DNA of 60,423 nucleotides, filler included, from Sphacelaria rigidula (GCA_964200075.2; 7 parts of 7 records of this genome joined end to end with filler, not necessarily neighbours in it), one strand, 5' to 3'. Numbered from the whole stretch's first letter, positions 35,103 to 48,249 are shown. The notes: generated by a model from the sequence alone, not told the origin. Numbers and translations: made by a program.

Positions 35103-37992
35103 CTGCGCGATCGTATCCTCCTTCATCTCGCAGCTCTTCCACGTCACCACCATCACCATGGTCTGCAGCACCCTCTTCTGGACGTCCGCTTCCTTGCTCT
35201 GGCTCTGAATGCCCAAGACCCTGTTCATTTCCAAGCACCCAACGCAATTCTGTTCCTCATCCCGATACAGGATGACGCTGCATCTCAGCGTTTCCAAGGA
35301 CACAAGCAGGCATTTCTCTTTTCGAAAGCAGGATAGCGGTCGAATCCCGGTGAACATGACAATCCCGGATGATAAAATGTACCGTACTGTTCTTTTGACT
35401 TTCCCGGCATAATTTTAACCCCTCCACTCTCTCGGCACGAGTCCGCAGGGTCCGCAGTCTCAGAAGGGTTCAACCCATCTCTCCCCAGGTACTCATGTGT
35501 TCTTCTTCATATCGCGAATTAGATCATGACTATTGGCACTCTCGCACATAATCGACTCTCGCTAAAGGACCTCTCGTTGCCACTGGAGTCATCGAGTGTT
35601 CAACTGCAGAAACCGATGTTGCTCCGCACGACCGTTACATGTCGGGATTCCAACACCGACTCAACCTTCCCGCACGTCCGGTTGTTGGTTTGTGTGTTCA
35701 TTTGCTAATTTAATTAGACCATCGAGGGACGGCGGCGAACTGTACTGGAACTGAATAAGTCGAGGCAGGTTCAGCTGCACACATCCCGACATACGAAACA
35801 GTAACAAGATACACGTCAACCCTCGGGGTGCCACCCACCACTTGACAAGGGTCCACCGTCGACCGCTGGGCGTACGTGAAAGAACAACCGCCTTGGTGCA
35901 ACACAGTTCTACACGAACCAGGGGTTGAGAGGTACAGGACAGACGATATGTTGTCATGTAGGTGACGCTTGCAAACATACTAAAGCTACTCAGCAATAGG
36001 GTTGGGGCTGCCTGCGTTGAAGGTCTGTCAAAGAAATTGTTCCGAAAATATGTCTGGTTTCCAAGGCCTTTAGGGACTGCAAGTTAGCAACACCACGTGG
36101 ATCTCTCACGAGGTTGTGCATACGGTAATTTGCGGCTTGCCAGAAGGGTAAGCAGCAGCAGCTTTCTATCGCGGCAGGCCGCTTGATTTACTCGGGCCAG
36201 CGATCGAACGGTAACTCAATAAGTCAGTACCTATGGAGAGTTGAAGTAAAATATAATCACTTCCCAAGACTAACGGGCTTCGCCAAAGGAGAGCTTGTTA
36301 CCCACTATGGATTTATTTCATAACAGTTAAGAGCAACACTCCTGTTATGTCATGAAAGTGAAACACACCCACACACCTGGGAACGTTTGGAGCACTGAAG
36401 TAGGGCTCAAAACCTCGGGTAGTCACTTCGACATCAACTCAACATGCAGGTGCATGCCAAACACTACTTTTTTTACACTACGGCACTACTACACACACAT
36501 ATACCCTGCCATGCTTGAACACAGACCTGAGAATGTTCGGAGCATCCGACGGTAGGATAGCATCCCTGTTGATGAGGTACTGCATAGAGTTCATGGCCTT
36601 ACTGATGAGATGAGGAGACGCGTCCGAGTGGTTGCAGGCCAGGAGGAACGGCCGAAGCAAATCCTGTGCACGCAACGGGTGTCCAACATCGGAAAAAACG
36701 AAGCGCGCATGGATGCAACGATATGCAGTGGTCACAATTGCATGTGTACATCAGAGATTGAATGTCTACACGATCGAAACACATCCGTGTCTCGGCAAAG
36801 CTCGCTCCGACAGTGGCGTGGGGCAACGGAGCCCGAAGGAATCCATCTTTCCTGTATTTATCGGACCGAGTGACCCGTGAAGTGTGTCTTTGGTGCGCAA
36901 TCCTGAATAGCCTAAAGCAGCGAGGTCGGAGGTACACATGGGACACTCTCTGGTACCCTCCAACCTCTTGTCCAAATATCAACGAAGCAAGTACGCCTAG
37001 CTCTGGAGGACCAACGGTCGACGACCGCAACAGCCACCCTTGTCAGAAAGGCAGGAGCTACACCTTCCTCGACCAGAGTGGTACTGCCCCGTAGATCCCC
37101 ACCTCTAGCGTGTTCCAGAGATATACTTGTTTTACAGGAACGCACCATGTACCTCCTAGCCTGCACCGTCATTCCGTAGGGCTGTGCAACGCATGAATCG
37201 CTTGACTGACACATCGCAGAAGGACGCCACGGCGATAGACGAGAGTCATGCCGTAGGGCACTATTTGAATAATTTGAGTCACTTGACGCAGCAAGGTGTG
37301 ATGCGTGACGAGTGATGACGGTACACACAACGTGAACCAACGCGCAGGACGCCCTACCTGGGACCGGAACATAGACAGAGGTGGCGCCTGTCCCGCGTGC
37401 TGGCGGCGAAGGGCCACGGCGTACTCCTCCCGCATATTTCTGAGCTTTAGGATCGCCCTGTGTTGGGTTGTCAACGACCAATTGATGTCAGCGATACAGC
37501 AGAGGTAAACTTGGAAATTTCTGAAACTCGGCGTATTTACCGCTGCCCTGTGGTTCTAGCTTGACTCGCGCTGATCGACACCACGCTATGTGATGATCTT
37601 TGACGTGCTTGGATGCATCATCCACTAAACCAATGTGCAGTAACCGATCACGAACCACAAGAACAAATAGAGTTAGCTTTGAAGACAACCTGTGACAACT
37701 CAATATACGCAGCCCGTGGTACCTTGTCGAAAATCAGAAAACAGATCCACGCTACACATCGAGGCCACTATACACGCATCTTCAAAAGCCATACACCACC
37801 CTGGCTATACACACCGTCACTAACCAAAATTCCACTCAACTCTCGGCTCAAAACACAACACAGTAGCCCATCCCAAAGCACAAAAAATATGATCTCTTGC
37901 CTCTCGGCAGCCTCTTGGACGACAGGATGTCGCCGCCTGGCTTCGCCGGCCAAGCCCCGCAGCTCATCCTCCACCACGCGCAAGAACTCCAT
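35103..37992 (-). CDS. MON2: MON2 homologue, 5' part; exons 37901-37992, 37358-37457, 36527-36663, 35103-35220
   Basis: Phase-compatible splicing gives MEFLRVVEDELRGLAGEARRRHPVVQEAAERAILKLR...QDLLRPFLLACNHSDASPHLISKAMNSMQYLINRDAILPSDAPNILRVLGIQ..DVQKRVLQTMV, matching the MON2 N-terminal DCB region. The gene runs off the contig. Confidence 0.9.
35415..35660 (-). mobile_element. SINE copy in MON2 intron 3
   Basis: Similar to 6330-6450 (CGAGTCCG..CCCATCTCTCCCC.GGTAC..TCGCG.ATT.G.TCATGACTAT); degenerate B-box near 35645. Confidence 0.55.
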
Positions 37993-38973
37993 CTCTGACC
38001 TGTTCCTTACATCACGAAATCACATCATATGTGGATGGTACGATATGCTCGTAAAAGGTGCACATCGCCACGAATGCCTGTTGTGGACTTATCACGTTTT
38101 CGCAATACTTATTCATCTCCTTGTCATCCACAGCTCTGGACAACTAGTTCAAAGTGTCTTTTGAAGGGTTGCGTATCGCGAGGGTTTGACGATGTTATCG
38201 CGATATAAAATATCCGTGGTTGGGTTTGCGGGTGCCTGATGAGGGCGCAAACTCAATCGAGCATATAGCCGGTAGCAATTACCGATACGAGACGAAATAA
38301 TCTTGTCAGTTCGATATACCAATAGCATCGGTACCGACAAGCACCCTAGCTGTTTTAGTCATGCACTGGCCCGAAGAAATTTGGTGGCATGCCACCAGAG
38401 AAAAACACTCGTACATATTCTGACAGCCGACACAATACATATAAGCCATAAGTGGTACAGTAAGGGCCAACCCCAAAAAACAACAACAAAAAGAGAAAAA
38501 GCTCGCTCTCGTTCTCCCCAGCGGTGGTTTCTCACTGGTCACTGCCCTAGGGTTTTTGGACTCTGTGATGAAATGGCAAATAGAAGATGATGATGTGCCG
38601 TGCTCTCAAAACAGCTGTTTTGTCAACTAAGGATGATGCACGGTCCTGGTGTGGGGCTGCTAGTTAGCGGCTGCGCCCCGTGGTCTCAATCAAAATGATA
38701 CATGACAAGACCGATTAGGGCGCAGCAGGGGGTCGATTCCCGGCAGATATAATTCAAAGCGGCTCTTTCCTCAGGGGTATGTTATTTCCTCTCCGCGACA
38801 CTAAAATGTCAGGCAAGCACCGGGGAGTGACGGCTTGATCCATTTAGGCTACGGCCCCGTCCCGAAGAGGGGGAAGAGTTACAAGTTGACAAAAAACAAG
38901 TACAAGGCGTAAACAGAAAGTACAGGTACAAAGAAGGTACAACTAGGTGAGTGACTGAGAGTCAGTGTGGAGA

Positions 38974-39227
38974 CAGTGCTGCGCCAAAAGAAAAAATCGG
39001 AACAGAATTTGACCGCTTTTCCCCCTAGTGTGCACTGCTGCAACGCGCAGCACCAGAGATGGTGATGTGGAACTGTTGACTGTGGTTCTCATAATATATG
39101 ACCGAAGTTACAGCAGCTTTCAACGTCTACAGCGCGCGGAGGGCTGTGCGTCATGAACTGCGCACCTCTGCAGACAATGTGCCAATCGGTACGCTACCGA
39201 TGGTCATGATCCAGAGAGGGCTGCAGT
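38974..39227. mobile_element. Diverged, truncated relative of the 681-bp TIR element
   Basis: Starts CAGTGCTGCGCCAAAAGAAAAAATCGGAACAGAAT and aligns without gaps to 44499 onward for over 200 bp. Confidence 0.65.
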
Positions 39228-41776
39228 AAAGACCGGCGTCAGTTTGCTACGATATCGGCCGCCTAGTCGCTCAAGACGTCGAAGTTAGTGGACGCTGTTG
39301 TTGTTGTTGTTGTTGTTGTCTTCACATTCAAAACCATTCCGATATCTGCATGGTACATTCGTACTGGGCATCTGAGGNNNNNNNNNNAGGCTAGCAAAAA
39401 AAAAAAAAGGACGTGCAGGTGCATATATGCATACATCTCTAGTGCACAGAGTCTGGACTGCGGGATAGCCGCTTTGAGGGCGCATCGACGGCATTTCCCG
39501 AAATAGCTTGATCGTGCGAAAAGTTTCATGACGGGACGCGAAGTCGCAGGCGAGAAATCCACAACGAAAGTTGCTCTGAAAATTGGGAGTTTACCGTATA
39601 GGAAAGTATCCACATAAACACGGGATTCGGTTACGCTCTGGTTACGCCGCATGTCAGATGCGGTTACGCAGTATTGCGGTAGTGTCAAATGCAGTACAGG
39701 CAGTGCAGACAGTGCATTGCATCCGCAATTATACTGCACTTTATAGCATGGAGACGATCATGCCGTTCTCATTTGTGCTGAAAGCCATTGAGATGCTTCT
39801 TTTTTACAAGGATTGCACACTCCATATTGTCTTCCCTATATCCAATCAATAAAATTCACTAACCAACCAACCAATTGAATAATTAATAATTTCCCCCTGT
39901 TCCCTTCCTATTGTTATACTACACCCTAGGCGTGGTGACGGGCGGGAACGCGAACCGTGGCCGCTTACTATCGGGGTACCATGGGGCCCGCCAGGCACCC
40001 GTACTGAGCTACACCATGCACACCACCGAACGCGGGACATAATCACGTTTTCAGCCTGCAACTTGCGCCGACGATCTAGTCTTGAACATAACTTTTCATA
40101 TATGCCGCGTGTTGGGCCGTAGGTCCTTCCAAAGGAGCTCCTGGCTCGTGTGGATTATACCTACTTTGGCGATGCTCTGAACTGATATTTTATACCATGA
40201 CTCTTGTACGCGAAAATCCGCATATATTTTTCATTTTTTTTCTTTTGGCACAACACTGGGATGTATTGGAAATAAAATCAGGGGGGGCGCTCGAATTGTG
40301 TGTGTGTGTGCGCGTTTGTTTCGTTGTCAACTTCCGCCCTTTCTTTTATCGCTGAAGAGGGCAAGGGTAACTACGTATGGCAAACGTTTTGTTACCATTT
40401 TCTGTGCATGAACAACGCAATCTCCGCCCACACCACCCTGTCGACAGTAATTCATAATTCCAATTCCAACTCACAGTAGGGACTATGGCACATAATTGAC
40501 GCGGGCGCATTGGCAATCGAGGCCCGGGAATGCGCGCGCGACGGGGAGTCGGCTGTGGTTCAAAATTTATGGTTTTCAAATTCGCGTCGCAGTCTGTCAT
40601 GTGTTCAAGATATCTCAACCTGGTCCCAAACACGATGCACATGTATGAATACTCCGTAGTATATCAAATGCATCTTACATTCATCACCAGGATGCCATTA
40701 ACTTGACCGATCTACATGACGGCGCGGTACTGTTTAGACAGAACAGAACAGCACAGTACATTGTTGTACAGTGCAGTACGGTTCGGTGCAGTCATGGCGT
40801 CAAGGACGATGTGCAGGATACATGTATGATACTCTCATGTACCACATACCCCAATACTACTGAGAACAAGGGTCCAAATGTTTGGTTGGTGTACTGCGCA
40901 CAACAGTTACAGTCAGCACAGTGACCGACTCGTGTCTCAGGACGAATGTGGCGGGCGTTTGGTAATTTTCATGATGGACATTTTCGCCTCGCGCTTTTAC
41001 CATGCACTCGGGGAGTTGTGCTTTAAAGCACGGACTACACAATTGATGCAATGGCCCAGTCAATAGGAGAGTCAAACCGGACAGCCTTTCCTTATCCCCA
41101 TGTATCGACATCCAACACGCGCAGGGGGTACCCTATCAGTCCAGGACAGAAGGATGTTATGACGAAAACTGAAACCGGCTCTCTCTTCGGTGGAATCAAG
41201 GAGTTGCGGAACATCACCATGCGACGCGAGTCGTACCACATGGAATCAAACTAATCCAACCACACGATCTGTGCGCCGAGAGAGCGCAGCCCGACTAAAT
41301 ATCGCAAAAATGACAAATACCAGCAAGCAAGTAAGGACTCTCATGTAGAATACCTGCTGGAGAGTGCAACAATACAGTACAGTAGTGGTAGAAGATGAGT
41401 AGTGACGGTCAGAGAAGCAGGAGGACGCCACAGCACATCAGCGTTAACACGAACAATCAGGGAACCACAGCACAAGCACAAGCTTGATTGACCACATATC
41501 GTATTGGACGGGGGGTGCTTACAGCGATAAACTCTACATCATTCATGAGAGAAGCACATGGAGATTGCTAACCTTGATGTGACGGCACCGACAGCATGCA
41601 CCGCCGGCCAAGACGTGAGCATGGAACGTTGAACGTTGTTCTTCCAAAAGTCTTTAATTGAAAAGTATGACATATATCAACGCAGACACGCGACCGAGGG
41701 TGGTGCATATCTCCTACGCGCACAGCGATAACCGCTGCGCATCAGCTCCCGGTCTACAGTACAGTACAACAACAGT

Positions 41777-41970
41777 ATGAGACAAGCTAGCACCGCATAT
41801 CCGAGGGTGGCCAACAGAACGTACATCAAGTATGTGGCCGTCGTGGGTGTCTTGCTGTTCCTGATTGGCGGGTTGCTCCACAGCGACGACGAGCCAAACG
41901 ACGGTTCTGATTCCAACATCGCCAATGCAGGTGCATCGGGTGCTGCCGCGAATCCCCGCCTGAGAGGCCC
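41777..41970 (+). CDS. First coding exon of a putative type II membrane protein
   Basis: CAG acceptor at 41773-41775, ATG, basic N-terminus, hydrophobic helix YVAVVGVLLFLIGGLL, polar stem, GTGAGT donor at 41971. Confidence 0.55.
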
Positions 41971-42940
41971 GTGAGTATGGGCGACCATTGTGATGGTGCA
42001 TCGTATGAGGACATGTTATAATCTATTTTACTCGCGATTGCTTCGAGTTGTAAGCTCGTTCGGCGGTGGGTGCTTGGATGTGTTGCCATTTACGAATGAA
42101 AGGCCGATATCTTGATGGAACATTCGTGGCGTGCGAACCCTGCGGGTTGTACTCGTGTATTGCTCCGCAACTACTGTTGTATACGATACAATTTATTCAA
42201 CTCTGAAGCTCTGCGAACGTCAATGTTTTGTTCCACTCATAGTACGGCGTACGAGCTGCCGACTAAGGCTCCGTCGCCTCCATCCACAGGCCATTCGTGG
42301 TGCAATTTTTGAATTCTGGGATGAAATTTTGACAGCAGAGAAACAACACGTAGACCTATGCTTTCCCCCGGGATCAGCATAGTTTTTTTTTTTACCCGTA
42401 ACCCCGGGGGATGTAATTTTTGGGGCTTTTTTCGGCTTCCTTGACGTAAATAAGTGAAGAAAAAAACGTGGCTGATTTCGGGGAGAGGGCAAGCCTACCT
42501 GTTATTTTTGTCTCGGCTGTCAAATCCGAAATTCGAGGCCATGCGCCGCGCATCGTCGTTTTTGCGCTATCATACCTGTACCAACCGAGGGCCCTGGTGG
42601 TCCAGCGATCCGATTGTACCATTAGGGTAGAGAGAACGTGGGTGAAATTCCCGCCGGATGCTTTCTTGTTTTTTTCGGAATATAGGACCCCGCCGTCGAA
42701 TGCGTGAGGGATGAGGAGAGATGGATGATCTCTTGAGACCACGGACTCGTCCCCAGGAACAAGAGCGGTGTACAGTGTGACGAAAGAGAAAGAATCGTGC
42801 GCTGGTCACAATTCTTCAAGGGTAGGTCGAGTAGAGTATAATCAATTGCGGGGTTTTTCGAAAGTCGTACTTGAGGTACCCAAATTGGGGCTAGGGTTTC
42901 AGGGATCACTTTCCAATTTTTTTTTGGGTACGATTCGTAA

Positions 42941-43109
42941 GACCCACTTTTATGGCAAGCACGAATCTTGATTTTTTCAAAATCGGGGGAAAAAAAATCG
43001 GGGGACGCATTTTATGGACACCGATTTGGGCCACATCGGGGCCGAAAAAATCGGGGGTCACGATCTCGGAACGGTTTTCCCCGATTTTTCGAAAACATAA
43101 AAGTGGGTC
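42941..43109. mobile_element. Tourist/PIF-Harbinger-type MITE
   Basis: Perfect 14-bp TIR GACCCACTTTTATG / CATAAAAGTGGGTC; TAA TSD; internal ATCGGGG repeats. Confidence 0.85.
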
Positions 43110-43427
43110 TAAGGGACTAATTGTTCCCATTTNNNNNNNNNNNNNNNNNNNNNNNNNNNNNNNNNNNNNNNNNNNNTTAATTAATTAANNNNNNNNNNNN
43201 NNNNNNNNNNNNNNNNNNNNNNNNNNNNNNNNGAAATGAGTCATGGGGATTCATTCATTACGAGTCAACTTAGTATACTAAAACCAAGTAATTTCCTGAC
43301 GAATTATTATTTGTCCTAAACGTGCAATCATGCGATCACTCCATCATCCAGTGGATCATTCAAAAGGTGTACCCCCCTCCCCAACTCGCCGCCTCGACTG
43401 GGATGCGTTGTCAATGGACAATCGACT

Positions 43428-43690
43428 GACACTTTCTACGATAGCCCCCCCCCCCAAAACCAGCTCAAAAGTGTCACGAAAAAAATGGCCATACAGCGTC
43501 TGATGTTTGGGTTCAAGCTGCATGAAGCGCCTCATATTGGCGACATTGGCTGGAACGAACTCAAGCGTGGGAATTCCCAGCTTCTCGTTGTGCTCTTTTC
43601 CCATTTCGATTTAGGTGAAGATTTTTCCTCCCAGAACCATGCACTTTTTTTTCTTTTCTTTTTGGGGGGGGGGCTATCGTAGAAGGTGTC
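43428..43690. mobile_element. MITE, inverted copy of 31863-32111
   Basis: TIRs GACACTTTCTACGATAGCCCC / GGGGCTATCGTAGAAGGTGTC; 4-bp TSD GACT. Confidence 0.9.
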
Positions 43691-44062
43691 GACTAAGGAA
43701 AGCGACAAATAAGTGCCCCGTGCTCCATCTCAAAAGGGGATGCATGGTAAATGGTCAAACGACTAAGGCAAGCGACAAATGAGTAATTCCCCCCCAACTC
43801 CCCCCCACCCTCGCCCCAACCCTCCCCTGTACAGGACGAAGGTTGAGTGAACAAATAATGAAACGAACCAGGGCTCAAACTACTGCCCGTCCCTTGAGTG
43901 AGGGGTTGGTGACGTTACATGTGGCGTTTGTGCGAGAAAATGATATTCTCCCGTCCGTTTACATCGACCCAAACACCCGGACCAAGGATCAATCAATTTA
44001 TCGCGACATCATTTTCACAACAGAAGAGACAAAAACGCCTCGCTTTGCCCACGTGCACCAAC

Positions 44063-45790
44063 CTGCGTGATCATATTCGCCCAACGGATGAGCACCATCA
44101 AAATCATCTGAGAGAACAGACAAGCCACGCCAACCATGAATAATGCGGACGACAATGGGGATATCCGATCTTCTCCGGCTGCGCTCCTGGCCCCTGGCTC
44201 GGACAATCCGTTTTCAGCACCATATGCGGCGTCCTCCTCGGCCTCGATCAGCGACAGGTTCCTCCCAAACGGATCGGGATTCGAGAGCAGTTCGAGCCCC
44301 GATCGGCCGAAACACACCGCCTGCGACGGTGTGTAAATCAGCCATGAAGTAGTTCAGGTTAGCTTTTTTCGCACCCACGAACCATCACTGAAGGGCAACG
44401 AAAGTTTGATGCGCCAATAGGACAGTGACTAACCCACAGCGTGGGATCACAGATGGGGCGTCTACCTTATTGTTCTCCACTTTGTCACACAAAAGGTACA
44501 GTCTTACGCCAAAAAATAAATAAATCGGAACATAATCCAACATCTTTTCGCCCCAGTACGCACGCACACACCGCGCAACCCCAGATTCAGCAAGATGGGG
44601 TTGTTGTCTGTAGTCTACATGACATGTGGTCGAAGTTTCAGCACGAAAAAGCACTAACAGCGCTTGCACGGCCGTGTCTCCTGAAATGAGCACCTCTACA
44701 GACGATACCAAGATAGGTACCGTGTAGAATGACATAATCCAGAGGGTGCGCAATACGGATCGATGTGTTCGTTTGCGGGGGCAGGAGCTACCCAGCAGGA
44801 AGTGAGCGTATCTGCGTGTCAACATATGCATCCACTGACGTCTCACGCAGTCTGGGCGGAGGGGACTGCGTTTTGAGGGCGTACCGATGGCATTGCCCGA
44901 AATCCGTATTTTGCTTCGTGGGTCTAGCGCACCACGTAAAACGTGCCGCCGCTCCGGGAGTATGCTGCCTGTGTTGTGGTCTACCTCTGTACCAAGTTTC
45001 AGGCTTGATATAACAGACACGGCGGAGGAATCCACAAGCAAAATAAACTTTGATTTGTACTGAAAATACAGTACTAAACCCTGTTGAACCGCCGAAAGAT
45101 ACATGAGGTGCGTATGATTTTTGTATGCGGGAATCTTGGCAGTTGACTTGTCATCGCCATGCGCCAATTCGAGTATAAACGAGCGGCGCGCGCGCGGGAG
45201 AACCCAGGAACCACCAAACTCCGGGAATTTGGATATTCGGATATCATCTACTACACTAAAATCGGGTCAACATAGCCATGTCATATTTTACGTCAGACCA
45301 GGATATCCGTGTACGACGATGAGCGATCTTTCCGGGCGAGCTGGGTCCGCTTCTCCCTTGCGGTGAAAGGAGAGGAAAGTAGGTCGACCACCGAGCGAGC
45401 GAGGAGGACACCATTGGCTACGTATGAAAAACACTCCTAGCTAAACTCGGACGACAGGTGGCAGGACATGCTGTACCTCCACCCACTTACCTCGCTTTGT
45501 TCAGACCCGACAAGCACAACGAAACGTACACGTGTACGTACGGCGAAACTGTGGTACTAGTGCCCCGGGTAAATCGTCAAGAGTAGGGAGTCCAACGGTC
45601 GCCACAAGGCTTCTCTGTGGGGTGATGTGTGTGATGACTTTCACGAGTGAATCCTCACCGATACTATAGTCACGGCAAGGTTGATCTTGAAAGCGATGGC
45701 CCACACCCCGTCCATGGCAGAAGGTGAAGGGCCCTCGCTGCGAGGCACGATGACTCCATTCTTCATGTACGAGCCCGTGACATGGGCCAT
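44063..45790 (-). CDS. Choline transporter-like (CTL/SLC44/PNS1-type) membrane protein, 5' part; exons 45659-45790 and 44063-44320
   Basis: Phase-0 GT-AG splice gives MAHVTGSY...MDGVWAIAFKINLAVTIVS|AVCFGRSG...ALFMVGVACLFSQMILMVLIRWANMITQ. D..WA..F before TM1 and the TM2 pattern resemble the CTL family. Confidence 0.65.
44499..45146. mobile_element. Copy of the 681-bp TIR element lacking its right TIR, in intron 1 of the CTL-like gene
   Basis: High similarity to 32289-32941; match stops at GGCAGTTGA. Confidence 0.9.
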
Positions 45791-47678
45791 GGTTTATGTC
45801 AACCCTTCCGGTTGAGCTCTTGCTTTCCAGGACGAGGAGCGGAAGTCGGTCGACACAGGGGGGCCAGCAGGGAATAGTTAAGTAACGCAACTTTCCGACA
45901 CACGAAATACAGAGGCCGTTTACACACACACACACCCATGTGTCTGGAAAATCGAAATATCTCATGCTTCCTCTGTCCCATAAGTTAAGGTCTTGGGTTT
46001 ACAAGAAGCGTTCACTCCAACGGCGTGTATGCACGACTCTAAATTTGGCATTGTTGGGAAGATTAGACGTATAATGAGTTGATGAAGAAACATAAAACCG
46101 ACGTATGTTTATGGTTCAAAATTCGAGTCAGAATTCAGCCACTTTTGGCCACTTCAGATCTACCGGAGAGGGTTGATCAGTAGCAGCTGATCGACACCAT
46201 TCACTTGTATTATGACCAACTTGAGACATTGATAGTCACGATTCCGATCAAATTGTGACTACCGATGGACGTTTGTGGCCGTTCAGAGCTTACTGCAACA
46301 ATATATAGATAGACGACTCCGCCACTTCCATGTTTGGGTAGTGCTACACCCTATCTCTTGCCCCGAGGCTAATGTTGCCCACAATAGCTATCGATAGGCA
46401 GTGATGTCAGTCGATTGTGGATGACAACGGGCATTTATACCGGGGATATTATGGGGGCAATGTTATATTACATAGTCTTTTGTCCAGCGTATAATCACAT
46501 CTCACCCACGCACAGGCGTACTCCAGGCGCTCTTGTCCATGAGAGGGAGAACCCTGTGCACCAACACCACACCAACAAATAAACCTCTGTCCATACATGC
46601 CGCGGATTCCTACAACACACACCCGTTCCGAATCTGCAAAATCGTGACGCCATCTTTTTCGCAAGTAGTACAATCATTTACCGACCGCATGTTCAACTGT
46701 GGCCTCTTTACCGTACTTTAATAGAGTGTATGCTCTATACACACCATGTCGCGTTGTAGGTGTGGCGATAGACGACAGAGGATATTCTAATATACCAAGG
46801 CAGACCCTGCAAGGTATTTATCGATATCCATTGCCATCAACATCTTTACTACGCAATACATATATATCACCAGCCATTGCCACCATCAATAGATACGGTC
46901 CACGACCCATCGATAGTCATTGCCTTCATCGATAGATTTGGAACGCTCTTCATCGATATACTTGGTGGGCAGTAATAGCCGTCGGTGCAGGGCAACAACA
47001 GACTGCTGCCCGGGTAACAGGGGGGAGGATATGGGTCCATCAATAGCGACGACAACCTATACAGAAACTTATCGATCGACAGTCATCACCGACGACAACG
47101 ATGGCGTCCATTGTGGCAGATACTACTACTGTTGCGGGCGTCAATTGTCTGTTGCCCAGGACGCCGATTTTCGTACGCCCGGTTATAATTTTTGGGTGGA
47201 GGCATGTCAGAGAAGTCACTTCACGACAAACGGAAAAAAATGCGAGTTTCTCCAAGTATGAGGGGCCACCTGGGAGGATGTCTGGGGCCAAACGAAAATC
47301 GTCAGTCCGACCAACACCAAGACGGGGCGGACAAACTTGTCGACTGGGGATGGGTATATCGGAGTAAACTAGCCCTCTACCAGCAACCAAACGACACAAC
47401 ACACGCGTGCGACAGAATGACATTGCCTTTAGACTGGTGTGTACCTTGCGTCAGCGGCGATGGAACCCACTGTGTAGGTAGCGGGGTACGCCGGCAGCGA
47501 TGAACTCAAAACTCAACCCTGCAGCTCTAGAGTTTTGCCGCGTACTGGAACCCAGACCCAACACTGCAGCCGCAGAGTTTGCCCGGAGCTGGGGTACTGT
47601 CACGGAGAGCATGTCAATGGAGAAAAGATATGATCGAGACCAAAAAACGCACAACATGCTGTTGCGACACACATTCAA

Positions 47679-48080
47679 CAGCCTGGATCCGTTTTGGAAT
47701 TCAATATTTGGGTGAGGTTCAACTCGAAAACAGTGCTTTCCCTGACCTCAAGTTACGACCAATGAATTTCATATGGACGACGTCATGCCCCCCCGACCTC
47801 CTTAAAACTATTTCCGGGGGTTGCTCGTCTTCCGCGCCCCCAAGCATGTATGCGAAAGCACCAATTTCGGGATAAAAACGTCCCCTTTTTCGCCCCGATA
47901 TCGAGGCAAAAAGGTGCCTTCGCACACACGCTTTGGGGGCGCGGAAGACGAGCAACCCCCGGAAATAGTTTCAAGGAGGTCGGGGGGGCATGAGGTCGTT
48001 CATATGGGATTCATTGATCATGACTTCAGGTCAGGGAAAGCACTATTTTCGAGTTGAACCTCAAAAACGGATCCAGGCTG
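47679..48080. mobile_element. ~400-bp foldback element
   Basis: CAGCCTGGATCCGTTTT ... AAAACGGATCCAGGCTG with ~170-bp inverted arms; no clear TSD. Confidence 0.8.
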
Positions 48081-48249
48081 CTATTTACCAAGCATCTTGT
48101 TTTACCAAATATATACGGAAATTGGGCACGCTGATTGCTTGGGTATCGTACGGCCACTCACAACATACACAAATATATATCGAACACGTTCGCGAACATA
48201 CACACATTGAAACTCTTGAACATCTGGTAGAGCAAGGGCAGTTCTCAAG

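Noticed and set aside
5060-37992. Joining MON2 or other exons across gaps
   Set aside because: Contigs are unlinked, and the 5060 exon is Hsp70-like rather than MON2-like.
44385-45167. 260-aa ORF as a real gene
   Set aside because: Lies almost wholly within a non-autonomous TIR element in an intron; the frame is broken in the other copies.
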